Shown in pieces: positions 1 to 10,734 of a stretch of 57,653 bases of DNA. The position numbers and the translations under genes were made by a program. The stretch comes from a bacterium (lineage in GTDB: Bacteria > Bacillota_I > Bacilli_A > RFN20 > CAG-826). How positions within the stretch are numbered: position 1 is the first letter of the stretch; each line of letters begins with the position of its first letter. The DNA lies in NCBI GenBank assembly GCA_963633165.1, contig CAVGXP010000029.1, positions 1 through 57,653 of the forward strand, written 5' to 3'. The notes beneath the pieces were generated by a model. The model ran no database searches and was not told the origin of the DNA. It was given only the letters and a program-made list of their open reading frames with translations.

Positions 1-1080
1 AGGGATCGTGAAGTCCTTATCGTAATACAACCCGTCAAAACAGCTCAGCATATAACCATCCAATTCGATATCAGAGCCCAAATAATAATTGATAGAACGG
101 CAATGGTAGTCTTCATAAAAGACGTCAACATCCATTTTTACTCCAGTCGCGCTTATCGTATAGGAAGAAAAGTCTTGGAACGTCTTGAAAAGTGACTCAT
201 CAAATCCTTTTTCTAAATTGCATTCAAATAAGCCAGAGCTAGAAGACGTCGTGCCGTTTGGATAATATTCGTCTTCGGTATAAGACACGGTCGTTTTGCA
301 AAGGAACCCGTCCTTAACAACAAACGCATAACTGCCAACAGTCTTCGCAAGATAATAATTGCCACGATCTTCTTGTTCCATCTTAATCGTGAACGTAATT
401 CCTTGTTCTGAGTTGCCGATATCGCAGCCAATCGTCGTTCCAGTTGACCCAATCAAATATTTGACGGCAGCCTCAGCCATTTCAAAACTAGAGGCATTTT
501 CAAAGACATACTCAATGTCGTTAAGGCCCCATTCGCTCATGGCGTCTTCGTAGGCTATGGAATGATAGTATTGATCAACGACATACTTCGTCTTATCTTC
601 GCCTTCCTTTTCGTAATACATATTTTCGCCGTCGACGACACCGACGTAATTGACGTCGTTTTGGAACAAAGTTTCGGTATCGGTCTCTGAATCCACCAAA
701 TAACTATTCCTCTCATTGTAGAAAAGTCCGTTTTCTCTATCGTGCGTGCCTTTTCCCCGAGTTATGGCCTTATAGTTTACGTCTTCATCAACGCCAGACA
801 TCGTCATCTGGCATTCGTAAGTAAGGTTCTGCTCATCCGAAAAGAAAGCATCGAACCCGCTTTTGAATTGCTTATAGAGGGTTTCCTTATCAAGAGTTGT
901 ATCGGATTCTTTTTCGGAAGTATCCTTATCTATCGTCTCGGACGTACTCCCCTCCGTCTTATCTATCGTCTCGGATGAAGTTCCATCCGTCTTATTTGGC
1001 GTGGACTCATTGTCACTAGCCTTATTGCAGCCGACCAAAAGCAAGGGCAGCAAAGAAATCGCCAACAATCTTTTTCTCAT
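1..1080 (-). CDS. Putative secreted lipoprotein; the C-terminal end runs off the window (360 codons visible)
   Basis: The minus-strand frame is open from ATG 1080-1078 to position 1. It is absent from the ORF track because no stop lies in the window. AGGAG sits 8 nt upstream. The N-terminus MRKRLLAISLLPLLLVGCNK is a signal peptide plus an L-V-G-C lipobox. An S/T/E/D-rich linker with an imperfect SETIDK repeat follows. Confidence 0.7.
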   Translation of the reverse strand, partial: MRKRLLAISLLPLLLVGCNKASDNESTPNKTDGTSSETIDKTEGSTSETIDKDTSEKESDTTLDKETLYKQFKSGFDAFFSDEQNLTYECQMTMSGVDEDVNYKAITRGKGTHDRENGLFYNERNSYLVDSETDTETLFQNDVNYVGVVDGENMYYEKEGEDKTKYVVDQYYHSIAYEDAMSEWGLNDIEYVFENASSFEMAEAAVKYLIGSTGTTIGCDIGNSEQGITFTIKMEQEDRGNYYLAKTVGSYAFVVKDGFLCKTTVSYTEDEYYPNGTTSSSSGLFECNLEKGFDESLFKTFQDFSSYTISATGVKMDVDVFYEDYHCRSINYYLGSDIELDGYMLSCFDGLYYDKDFTIP

Positions 1081-1370
1081 ATGCAGTTCTCCTTTCGCAA
1101 TGAGTTATAGAATAATATATATTTACAATAAATTATTCAGTGGCTTTTTGGAAGGGCTTGATGCCGTTGCTAAGCATTGGTTAAGAACGCAATCGTTTGA
1201 ATGCTAAATTGTATTTATCCGTTTTTGTTCGCGTTAACGCGAAAAAGCCTGACTCTAAGATAGCAAGATAACTCCTCAGCAAGATCCTTGCCCATAAACC
1301 GAGAAAGCCGATGAATATCACCGCAAGAGATAGAAATAACCTCCACCCTTCAGAACCAATAAAGCCAGAC

Positions 1371-1408
1371 CAATAGAAAAGCGTAGCCACCAATGACGAT
1401 AGCTACGC
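1371..1408 (-). terminator. Candidate intrinsic terminator after rbfA
   Basis: Minus-strand hairpin GCGTAGC-(14-nt loop)-GCTACGC followed by TTTTCTATT, about 60 nt after the rbfA stop. Confidence 0.4.
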
Positions 1409-1469
1409 GATTTCTTTGCTTTTATAAAACCCTAACGTGCGACTTCTAAGGATTGGGTTTTATCGTAGT

Positions 1470-1831
1470 TTATTTCCCTTTGTTTAAAGAGGCGAGGTCT
1501 TCTTCCTCTTTCTTCAAAGCCTTTTCGATCCTATCGGCCCTATCGAAGGATTCGTCGTAGACGAAGACGATCTTCGGGACTTTGTAGAGGTCCATCTTCT
1601 TGGCTAAGGAGGTTCGGACATAGCCCTCCTTCTTTTTGAGCTGCTCAAAGGCCTGATGAGGGTATTTGGCGCCGAAGAAGGTGACGTAGACCTTGGCTTG
1701 GGTCGAATCGGAATTGACCTCGACCTCATTGACGGAGACCATGCCGATCTTAGGGTCTTTGATCTCGCCACGGACGATGTCCATGACGTTCCTTTCGATA
1801 AGGGCTTTAATGCGCCCAGGACGGTTGGCCA

Positions 1832-1832
<1 letters not shown>
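1470..1832 (-). CDS. rbfA: Ribosome-binding factor A
   Basis: 120-aa ORF with an RbfA-like sequence (KVYVTF..., DLYKVPKIVFVYDES). Its ATG overlaps the infB TGA (ATGA). It occupies the conserved position after infB. Confidence 0.9.
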
Positions 1833-3700
<1,868 letters not shown>

Positions 3701-3704
3701 ATGC

Positions 3705-4001
3705 TCACTCCTTGCTGTTCCATTTTTCAATCAATGCTTTCCCGGCTTTGACGTTAGTGACGCCAACTCCAGACAACGTATCATAGCCTAGCGCTTTGCC
3801 TAGCTCTTCTTGGCTTGCCCCTTCTAGGATGGGGCAAGATAAAGAAGCGGCTAGGGAGCGGAGTTGCTTCTCGCTGTTTTTGGAACAATCGCTAGCGAGC
3901 AGCAACACACTTAGTTTTTTGGCGTTGAGCAAAGCCCCGCCGATGAGCGTGGACTTGCCCCGGTTGAGGATGCCGAGGAAAGAAAGGGCTCTTTCTTTCA
4001 T
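3705..4001 (-). CDS. ylxQ: L7Ae-family RNA-binding protein (YlxQ-like)
   Basis: 98 aa from ATG 4001 with GGAGG 7 nt upstream. The ATG overlaps the ylxR TGA. It holds the conserved slot between ylxR and infB and has an L7Ae-like core (GKSTLIGGALLNAKKLSVLLLASD). Confidence 0.8.
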   Translation of the reverse strand: MKERALSFLGILNRGKSTLIGGALLNAKKLSVLLLASDCSKNSEKQLRSLAASLSCPILEGASQEELGKALGYDTLSGVGVTNVKAGKALIEKWNSKE

Positions 4002-4243
4002 AGTTTTTCCTCCATCTTTGAATACAAATCGGATAAATCGCCACATTTGAAGGCGCGCTCAAGAATCTTCTTTTGCCTTGCCTTTGCAATGGTGGCTTTG
4101 TCTTTGAGGAGGTAGACGCCCCTGCCTAAGAGCGGGCAATCTTCCTCAAGAGAAGGGGAAGGAGAAGCGGCGATGCGGAAAAGCTTATCTTTAGGGTAAC
4201 GCACCCTAGAGCAAGCGTCCATTCGCGTGTTCTCCTTCTTCAT
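3998..4243 (-). CDS. ylxR: YlxR/DUF448 family RNA-binding protein
   Basis: 81-aa ORF directly after nusA with a RYPKDKLFRI...GRGVYL motif typical of YlxR. Confidence 0.8.
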   Translation of the reverse strand: MKKENTRMDACSRVRYPKDKLFRIAASPSPSLEEDCPLLGRGVYLLKDKATIAKARQKKILERAFKCGDLSDLYSKMEEKL

Positions 4244-4252
4244 AATCTCCCC

Positions 4253-6094
4253 TTATTTCTCGTCGTCGTAATATTGATCGTAGTCGGCGTAGTCTTGATC
4301 GATGTCCTCGTCGGATTCGATGTCGCCATCATAACCGTTGGCGGCTTCCTCTTCCTCGATCTTGGCGAGCTCCTCTTCGGTATAGACGGGCATCGCGTTC
4401 TCGTTGGAGACGGGTTTGACGACCTCGCGCTTGACCTCTTCTTCGGTGATCTTGCGGGGGCGTCCTTTCTTGGCGGGACGGGTCTTCTTCTCTTTGGAGG
4501 CTTCGAGTTGGGCCTCAAGGTCGGAAAGGGTCGTCGTGGTCTGAACTTCCCTGCGGATCTCTTCCTTGCCCTCTTCGACGGAGGGGGCGGGGCTTTCTTC
4601 GCTAGTAGAAGCGGCTTTGGCCTCCTCGGCGGCTTTCATCGCGGCAAGGGCGGCAAGAGCCGGGTTGGTGGCCTCGGCCGGGAATTCCTCGGGCTTGGCG
4701 CCGGTTTTGGGAGCCTCAGCCGGGGTGATCGGGGCGATGGAAGGCTTTTTGGCCTCCTTCTCCTCGGCCTCTTCCTTGGCTTTCAATTCGGCTTCTTGCT
4801 TTTCTCTAGCAAGGGCCTCTTCTTCCAAACGGCGGCGGAGGGCCTCTTCTTCAGCGGCTTTCCTGGCGGCCTCTTCCTGGGTCTTCTTCAGATATTCGAG
4901 GCGGGCTTTCTCTTTCTTGAAGTTCTCTTCCTTCAAGCGGAGCTCTTCAATAGGCGTGTATTCGATGCCTTTCTCCTCGGCGGTGGATTGCTCAAGGTAT
5001 TCGATGCTGACGCCGGTGAGTTTGCGGGCGAGGTCGGCGTTGGAGCGGTATTTGCCCATGGCAAGGGGGAAATCGCCGTCATGGATGATGGCGTAGGCAT
5101 GGCGTTTGCCGTATTCGTCTTCATCCTCGAGTTTCACGCCAAGGACCTGGGCGGGGCGGGAGGCTTCGGCGACGAAGAGGGCGAGGTCGTTGCAATAGGC
5201 GATGACATCGATCTTCTCTTTGGCTTTGCCATTGCCGAGTTGAGAGACGATTTTCTGGATGCGGCTGCCGCCTTGCCCGATGCAGGCGCCGGTCGGATCG
5301 ACGTCGTCATTGTTGGAAGAGACGGCGACTTTGGAGCGGACGCCGGCTTTCCTGGCGATGGCTTTGATGACGACGGTGCCGTCGTAGATTTCGTGGATCT
5401 CCTCTTCGAAGAGCCTCTTGAGGAAGCCTTCGGAGGAACGCGTGGCCTCGATCTGAGGTCCGCGGGGCTTTTTGCCAGGCTCGGGGGCGGCTGCGGATTC
5501 GACTTTCTGGATGTAGACCTTGATGGGGTCTCCGCTGCGGAAGAATTCATCGCCGATGAGCTCGTGGCGGGAAAGTTCAACGGTAGTCCTGCCGATGTTG
5601 ACGGAGATGGAGCGATCGTCGGCCCTTTCGACAGTGCCGTTCATCATCTCGCCGATGTGGTCTTTGTAGATCTCGTAGAGGGCGCTTCTTTCGGCCTCGG
5701 CGAGTTTCTGACGGAAAGAGCTCTTGACGGCGATGGTGAAGACTTTGGTCAATTCATCGGGGTCGGCGGGGATGACGAATTCGTCCCCGTCTTTGTATTT
5801 GGGCTCTTCCAAGCCATCATTGGCTTCTTCGGTCTCGATCTCGAGCATGTCGTCCTCGACTTCGTCACGGACGGTTTTGACTTGGCTCAAAGAGATCGGC
5901 GCGGTTTTGTTCTCAACGTCGATTTCGCATCTGACGATGGGGTCTGGCATGTCTTTGACGCCTCCGCCAAGATAGCGGATGTAGGCGGCTTTGACGGCTT
6001 CGGTGAGGGCGTTGAGGACGTCTTCGTCGCTGATGCCTTTGGCTTTGGAGACTTCCTCTTGGGCCGAGATGAATGCTTTGATGTCGATTTTCAT
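4253..6094 (-). CDS. nusA: Transcription termination/antitermination factor NusA with a roughly 225-aa charged C-terminal extension
   Basis: 613 aa. NTD, S1 and two KH regions are recognisable (GACIGQGGSRIQ). The tail from about aa 386 is E/K/A-rich and ends in an acidic D/Y/E run. Confidence 0.95.
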   Translation of the reverse strand: MKIDIKAFISAQEEVSKAKGISDEDVLNALTEAVKAAYIRYLGGGVKDMPDPIVRCEIDVENKTAPISLSQVKTVRDEVEDDMLEIETEEANDGLEEPKYKDGDEFVIPADPDELTKVFTIAVKSSFRQKLAEAERSALYEIYKDHIGEMMNGTVERADDRSISVNIGRTTVELSRHELIGDEFFRSGDPIKVYIQKVESAAAPEPGKKPRGPQIEATRSSEGFLKRLFEEEIHEIYDGTVVIKAIARKAGVRSKVAVSSNNDDVDPTGACIGQGGSRIQKIVSQLGNGKAKEKIDVIAYCNDLALFVAEASRPAQVLGVKLEDEDEYGKRHAYAIIHDGDFPLAMGKYRSNADLARKLTGVSIEYLEQSTAEEKGIEYTPIEELRLKEENFKKEKARLEYLKKTQEEAARKAAEEEALRRRLEEEALAREKQEAELKAKEEAEEKEAKKPSIAPITPAEAPKTGAKPEEFPAEATNPALAALAAMKAAEEAKAASTSEESPAPSVEEGKEEIRREVQTTTTLSDLEAQLEASKEKKTRPAKKGRPRKITEEEVKREVVKPVSNENAMPVYTEEELAKIEEEEAANGYDGDIESDEDIDQDYADYDQYYDDEK

Positions 6095-6118
6095 AAATGT
6101 ATTCCTTTTAAATTGAAA

Positions 6119-6580
6119 TCAGAATTTGATGGCGAGGCGGGCTTTGTCCACGTCTATGACGGGGAAGCTCGCTTCGACTTTTTTGGCTTTGGAGAGGAAG
6201 GATAGGGTCAATTGGCCTTCTTCGAGACTCTCCAACGTGCCTTCGAGGATGTTCTCCCCTTTGTAGGGACGAGAAAGATGAAGGTTGACGTATTTGCCGA
6301 TGTATAGTCCAAGCTTATCCAAGGCAATCGGCTTCTCCGCGCCTAGGGAGCTGACGTCGAGGGTATAGGCCCCTTTGATGGGATCGTTCTCATCAAGGAT
6401 ATCGGAGATGAAGCCCGAGAGGCTGACGATGTCTTCAAGCCCGATGGGCTCGACGCGGTCCACCACAACCTCCAGTTTCATGCCTTCGGCGGAATTGTGG
6501 TAGGCAACCGAAGAAAGGTCATAGCCTTTCTCTTTCAAAGGTTGCTCCAATAAGCTCGTGACTTTGTTTTCTTCTTCCAT
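6119..6580 (-). CDS. rimP: Ribosome maturation factor RimP
   Basis: RimP-like sequence in the first position of the nusA operon. I set the start to ATG 6580, which has AGGAGG 5 nt upstream. Confidence 0.85.
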   Translation of the reverse strand: MEEENKVTSLLEQPLKEKGYDLSSVAYHNSAEGMKLEVVVDRVEPIGLEDIVSLSGFISDILDENDPIKGAYTLDVSSLGAEKPIALDKLGLYIGKYVNLHLSRPYKGENILEGTLESLEEGQLTLSFLSKAKKVEASFPVIDVDKARLAIKF

Positions 6581-6593
6581 TTTGCCCTCCTTC

Positions 6594-6623
6594 AATAAAA
6601 AGGAGCGGTCCGAAGGCCACTCC
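6594..6623 (-). terminator. Intrinsic terminator/attenuator inside the rimP-nusA leader
   Basis: Minus strand GGAGTGGCC-TTCG-GACCGCTCC followed by TTTTTATT. It ends only about 13 nt before the rimP ATG; the AGGAGG Shine-Dalgarno lies between. Confidence 0.55.
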
Positions 6624-6671
6624 GATTATGTTGACGATCGGCGGAACCAATATCTGGGTTTCCGCAAGAGA

Positions 6672-6700
6672 ATATTACCGCCGCTAAGTTCAACGCGCAA
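6672..6700 (-). promoter_or_regulatory. Candidate sigma-70-type promoter of the rimP-nusA-infB operon
   Basis: Minus strand TTGCGC-17 nt-TAATAT, upstream of the leader hairpins. Confidence 0.3.
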
Positions 6701-6718
6701 CCCCCTTCCAAAGGAAGG

Positions 6719-7633
6719 TCACGCGTTTTTGTCTACGAAAAGATAGAACATGAAGGGGCATAAAGGAGTTAACAGCCCAAGGAAGAAAAGGGCATAAGGC
6801 CCGATGAGTTTGGAGGCCATGAAGTCGATGGGGAAATGGGCGGTCATCGAATCGATGATGCAGTTGGGGTTAACAAGCAGAGAAACGCACATCCACGCAA
6901 CCAAGACGACCCCTATTACAAGTTCGACGGTGTAGCCTTTCATTTTCCAAACCTGGAGCTTTGAAGAGGGCAAGAAAGTATAGGCGAGGTCCCTAGCTAA
7001 AAGGCAAAGGGAAGGGAAAAGCATAAGGAGATAAATCGGCAGCGTGAGCCAGAAATTAGCAAGGCTATAATCCATCATCACCGGGAAGAGGAGGAAATCA
7101 CCCAAGAACCCGCAGGCAAAACTCGCGCAGAGGGCGACGCCGACATAGCAAAGAGGGGTCAGCTTCCTCTCTGGCAATCTTGAGGATTCGTCGTAATGGA
7201 AGAGTTTTTTGGTCTGGAAAGCGAAGATGACCACCGCCACAACCGCAGTGAACAGGCAGAAAAGAATCGAGGACAACGGGAATAAAGGTCCGCCTCTATG
7301 CGCGTTTAGCCCAGGATAGAACTTCTTCCCAATATAGAGCACATCAAGGAGAAGGATAAAGATTGAAAGAACGAACAAGACGATGGAATTCCATTTCATC
7401 CACTTCTTCTTGAATACTTGATTATTCGCGTGGCGGATATGATGGATGATGATAGTGAGGTACATCGGAAGCAAACAAGAAAGGTAATATGGAAGCAAAG
7501 GCAGAAGAGAGCTGTCCGTGGAATTGATGTCTTGGATGAAAAGCCAGAGAACTTGGAACAAAGTCACGCCAGAGAGGCAATAAAGCAAGGCCTCCGCGAC
7601 AAGGAGGAGGATTTTTCGGGTCAAGGGTTTCAT
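6719..7633 (-). CDS. Polytopic membrane protein of unknown function (about 8 hydrophobic segments)
   Basis: 304-aa ORF. Its ATG overlaps the stop of the upstream phosphoesterase gene (ATGA). I did not recognise a family. Confidence 0.6.
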   Translation of the reverse strand: MKPLTRKILLLVAEALLYCLSGVTLFQVLWLFIQDINSTDSSLLPLLPYYLSCLLPMYLTIIIHHIRHANNQVFKKKWMKWNSIVLFVLSIFILLLDVLYIGKKFYPGLNAHRGGPLFPLSSILFCLFTAVVAVVIFAFQTKKLFHYDESSRLPERKLTPLCYVGVALCASFACGFLGDFLLFPVMMDYSLANFWLTLPIYLLMLFPSLCLLARDLAYTFLPSSKLQVWKMKGYTVELVIGVVLVAWMCVSLLVNPNCIIDSMTAHFPIDFMASKLIGPYALFFLGLLTPLCPFMFYLFVDKNA

Positions 7634-8736
7634 CAGAACATCTCCTCCTCGGCGTAGCCGTTTCCAGAAGAATAATCAGACTGGTAAGTTTGGAAGCAAC
7701 GGTATAGCTTCGAGGTGCCATCCTCGGATATAACGGCGAGGTTCCCGCCGATCATGTCCCCGTTATAGGTCAATCCAGATCCCGATTTAAGCCCATAGCA
7801 AAGGGCGATGGGCCGAGAGGAAGAGGAAAGGGAATAGGACGCGGCGAAATCATTGACGTGATCATGACCATAGAACATCGCGTGGCAGTTGCCAAGTTCT
7901 TCCGCTTTGGCGAAGAGGGCGCTGCGTTTGTAGCCAGCATACACGGGCGTGCTCCCAAGGCCTTCGATGTCCCACTCCTTCTCGCGGCATTCGCCCGAGG
8001 CCTCAATTAAAACGCCCGGGGCTTCTTTGGCGGAATAAAGATTATAAGCGTAGGCCGTCTCCCATAAAGGGATATGGAAATACATCAGGCTTTGCACGTT
8101 GGCGTATTGGCTTTTGGCAAGCAAAGTCTCTTCTTCATACCAAGCGATCTGCTCGTCGGAGACGACGTCGTAGGAATAAGAGAAGGAAGGGAAGGAATAA
8201 TGCAAAGAGTTGGTGTCTAAAGCGTAAAGCTGCCAAATCGGCTTGCCGGATTTGGTGAGAGAGACGACGTAATTGGATTCCCCGCGGAGATCGTCATCGA
8301 TCTCTTTGTAAAGGGAATGCTTTTTCGAGCTTGCTAGCCTCCCGGGGAAATAGGGATCGAAGAGGCCTTGCTGATCGTGGTTGCCCCAGGTGACGCCATA
8401 ATAGAGGTCGTGGCCAAGGAGTTCGGTAAAGGACTCGAAAAGGTCGAAGAGAGTTTCGAAGTTCTCTTTGCTGGCGGTAAGGATGTTGTCCCCGGTGGTC
8501 ATGATGACGTCGGGATTGGCGTTTTTGACCAAAGCGGAGAGGTAGAGTTTCTCCTTGCTCATATCCGTGGTGAAGTTCCAATGGATGTCGGTGAGCTGAA
8601 GGACGCGCAAAGAGGAAGAGGAATCAAACAAAGGCAAGGAGGAGATGTAATCCTCTTTGCTAGGAGCCCCCTTGGCGCTAGAGCAAGACAGAAGCAAAGG
8701 GAGGAGCAAAAAAGAGGTCAGAGATTTTCTGTTCAT
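7633..8736 (-). CDS. Lipoprotein metallophosphoesterase (calcineurin-like)
   Basis: Start set at ATG 8736 (MNRKSLTSFLLLPLLLSCSS), giving a signal peptide plus an L-L-S-C lipobox. Metallophosphoesterase motifs are LTDIH, TGDN, GNHD and GHDH. The ATG overlaps the DegV stop. Confidence 0.75.
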   Translation of the reverse strand: MNRKSLTSFLLLPLLLSCSSAKGAPSKEDYISSLPLFDSSSSLRVLQLTDIHWNFTTDMSKEKLYLSALVKNANPDVIMTTGDNILTASKENFETLFDLFESFTELLGHDLYYGVTWGNHDQQGLFDPYFPGRLASSKKHSLYKEIDDDLRGESNYVVSLTKSGKPIWQLYALDTNSLHYSFPSFSYSYDVVSDEQIAWYEEETLLAKSQYANVQSLMYFHIPLWETAYAYNLYSAKEAPGVLIEASGECREKEWDIEGLGSTPVYAGYKRSALFAKAEELGNCHAMFYGHDHVNDFAASYSLSSSSRPIALCYGLKSGSGLTYNGDMIGGNLAVISEDGTSKLYRCFQTYQSDYSSGNGYAEEEMF

Positions 8737-9590
8737 GCTTTCTCCCCGTCGTTGAAATAGAGGATCCCAAGGCAATGGGGGCCGCAATAGCAGGAGATCG
8801 TGGCTCCGGCGGTCGTTGGCTCAATGCGTTCGAACCCGGCTTCTTTGAGTTTTTTGATGGCGACCTCCAAGGCTTCGTTGGTCGCGCTTGAATAAGTGAT
8901 GAAAACGAGGGATTTGTCGGGGGTTGGGAATTTTTCAAGGGTCTCGTCGATGTAAGCGGAGACGACCTTATCCATCGGGCCACGATACTTCTTTCCCGGG
9001 AACATCTTGCCGTTTTCGACGTAGATGGAAGGCTTGATTTTGAGCAGATTGGCGCCAAGCATCGCAAGTTTCGAGCACCTTCCGCCTTTGTAGAGATTAT
9101 CGACGGATTCAAGGGAGAAGGAGGCTTGGCAAGAAGGGATGCGGGAGGTTGCTATCTTTAAGGCTTCCTCCAAGGTTTTGCCTTCATCGAGGGTCTTTTT
9201 GCAGGCGATGGCCTGCAAGGCGATGCCGGTAGAAAGAGAAAGGGTGTCGATGACGTCGACTTTCCCTTTGAATTCATCCTCGTTAGCGACCAAGCAGGCG
9301 TTCTCATAGGCTTTGGAGATGCCTGAGGAAAGGGAGAAATGGATGATGTGGTCGCAGCTTTTCAAAACGTCGCGGAAGAATTCCTCATATTGGAAGGGAT
9401 TGACGGCGGAGGTATGGGGAAGAAGGCCGGTTTGCTCGGTGTAGGCGAATTCCTCTTCCGGGGTGATTTCTCCGTCTAATCCCGTTTTCTCCCCCATCGC
9501 GACCATAAAGGGGACGGTGCGGATGGAGAATTCGTTGAGGATCGACTTCGGCAAATCGATGGTGCTTTCGGCGGTGACTGAGATTTTCAT
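8733..9590 (-). CDS. DegV family fatty-acid-binding protein
   Basis: 285 aa with a typical DegV N-terminus (MKISVTAESTIDLP...) and typical length. Confidence 0.85.
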   Translation of the reverse strand: MKISVTAESTIDLPKSILNEFSIRTVPFMVAMGEKTGLDGEITPEEEFAYTEQTGLLPHTSAVNPFQYEEFFRDVLKSCDHIIHFSLSSGISKAYENACLVANEDEFKGKVDVIDTLSLSTGIALQAIACKKTLDEGKTLEEALKIATSRIPSCQASFSLESVDNLYKGGRCSKLAMLGANLLKIKPSIYVENGKMFPGKKYRGPMDKVVSAYIDETLEKFPTPDKSLVFITYSSATNEALEVAIKKLKEAGFERIEPTTAGATISCYCGPHCLGILYFNDGEKA

Positions 9591-9609
9591 GATGGTTTTA
9601 TCCTTTCTT

Positions 9610-10665
9610 TCAGAAGCGAATTTTCTTTTTGGATTGCCACTTCTTCAATATGCGGGGGTAATACTCTCTCCATAAGGAAGCGACGTGCTCTTTGGAATAG
9701 AATTCGGCGATCTTCTCGCTTTCTTTGACGTAGTTTGAATAATAGGATTCGTCGGAGGCGAATTTCTTGATTTGATCAACGAACCCCGCGACGTCGGAGG
9801 CGGCGGCGTAATGATCGAAGAAAATGCCGGGATAGAGGTCGAGGTTGCGTAGCAGCAACGGTTTTTTGCAGTCGCAGGCTTCCAAGATGGACATCGGCAT
9901 GAGTTCGTCGAAGCTAGGCATGAAGAACAGGGAGGCCATGTTGAAGACGACGTTCATCTCTTCCCTTGGCAGCAAGCCGAGGAAATGGGCATTCGATGGG
10001 GCGTCTTCCATGGCTTTTTTGAGTTCTTTGTAGCCATCGGTCATCTTTCCAAAGCTGAATCCCCCCGCCCAGAGGAATTCGACCTCAGGCAAGGCTTTCG
10101 CGGTTTCTAGGAAATCCAAAACGCCTTTCCTTGTCTGCACCTGCCCGCACCCTAAGACGGAGAATTTGCTCGGATCGATGCCGTATTTCTTTTTCGCGTT
10201 AAGCACCTCTTCCTCCCCCAAAGGGTGGAATTCGGTGGAAGAGACGTAATTGGGGATGAAGGTGATGTTTTCCCTAGGAATGCCCATCTTCACCAAAGGA
10301 TCGATGAAAATCGGGTTGACGACGACGATCTCATCGGCTTTTTTGTAGGTTCCTTTAACATAGGATTTGAAGATTTTGAACGAAAGAGGGGGCAATTTGA
10401 TCGAGCCGTTGAGGGTCGTGGGGAGGAAATGAACGTAGATGACGTTGACGTGATGGGAATCCATCTTCATGCGAAAAGAAGGATTGACCGTATGAACGTG
10501 GTTGATTTGGGCCCTGCCCTTTTCCTTGTTCTCATAAACCTTGAAAAGGTCGGTTTGCTCTTTGATTAAGGAGACTTGCTCCATATAGGCGCTGCCGACG
10601 CCCTGACCGGGGACGGAAGTGGCCGCCGAGAGCATGCGGACGCCGATGATGTCTTTGTTTTCCAT
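9610..10665 (-). CDS. GT4-family glycosyltransferase (glycolipid-synthase-like)
   Basis: MLSAATSVPGQGVGSAY N-terminal motif and an E-x7-E motif (DELMPMSILEA). I set the start at ATG 10665 because the track's N-terminal extension runs into tRNA-Thr. Confidence 0.8.
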   Translation of the reverse strand: MENKDIIGVRMLSAATSVPGQGVGSAYMEQVSLIKEQTDLFKVYENKEKGRAQINHVHTVNPSFRMKMDSHHVNVIYVHFLPTTLNGSIKLPPLSFKIFKSYVKGTYKKADEIVVVNPIFIDPLVKMGIPRENITFIPNYVSSTEFHPLGEEEVLNAKKKYGIDPSKFSVLGCGQVQTRKGVLDFLETAKALPEVEFLWAGGFSFGKMTDGYKELKKAMEDAPSNAHFLGLLPREEMNVVFNMASLFFMPSFDELMPMSILEACDCKKPLLLRNLDLYPGIFFDHYAAASDVAGFVDQIKKFASDESYYSNYVKESEKIAEFYSKEHVASLWREYYPRILKKWQSKKKIRF

Positions 10666-10734
10666 GGGTGAAGTATAGCAAAAAGGGGGCGCGATATAAA
10701 GAAAACCCCGGGTCTCCCCGAGGCTAGTTCCCAT

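Noticed and set aside
1181-1393. A 70-aa hydrophobic minus-strand ORF between rbfA and the lipoprotein gene.
   Set aside because: It has only a TTG or GTG start and no Shine-Dalgarno sequence. The start lies inside the candidate rbfA terminator hairpin, and the ORF contains no ATG. Its tail runs through the 16-bp palindrome. It is more likely non-coding spacer.
1427-1460. An AAAACCC...GGGTTTT hairpin directly after rbfA, considered as its terminator.
   Set aside because: It has a 22-nt loop and no T-run after the 3' arm on the minus strand. The hairpin at 1381-1408 followed by TTTTCTATT is a better candidate.
4274-6205. A 643-aa plus-strand ORF, one of the longest in the ORF track.
   Set aside because: It is entirely antisense to the well-supported nusA and rimP genes. 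Its composition is low-complexity G/F/D/L-rich, the mirror image of the E/K/A-rich NusA tail. It has no ribosome-binding site and I recognised no protein family.
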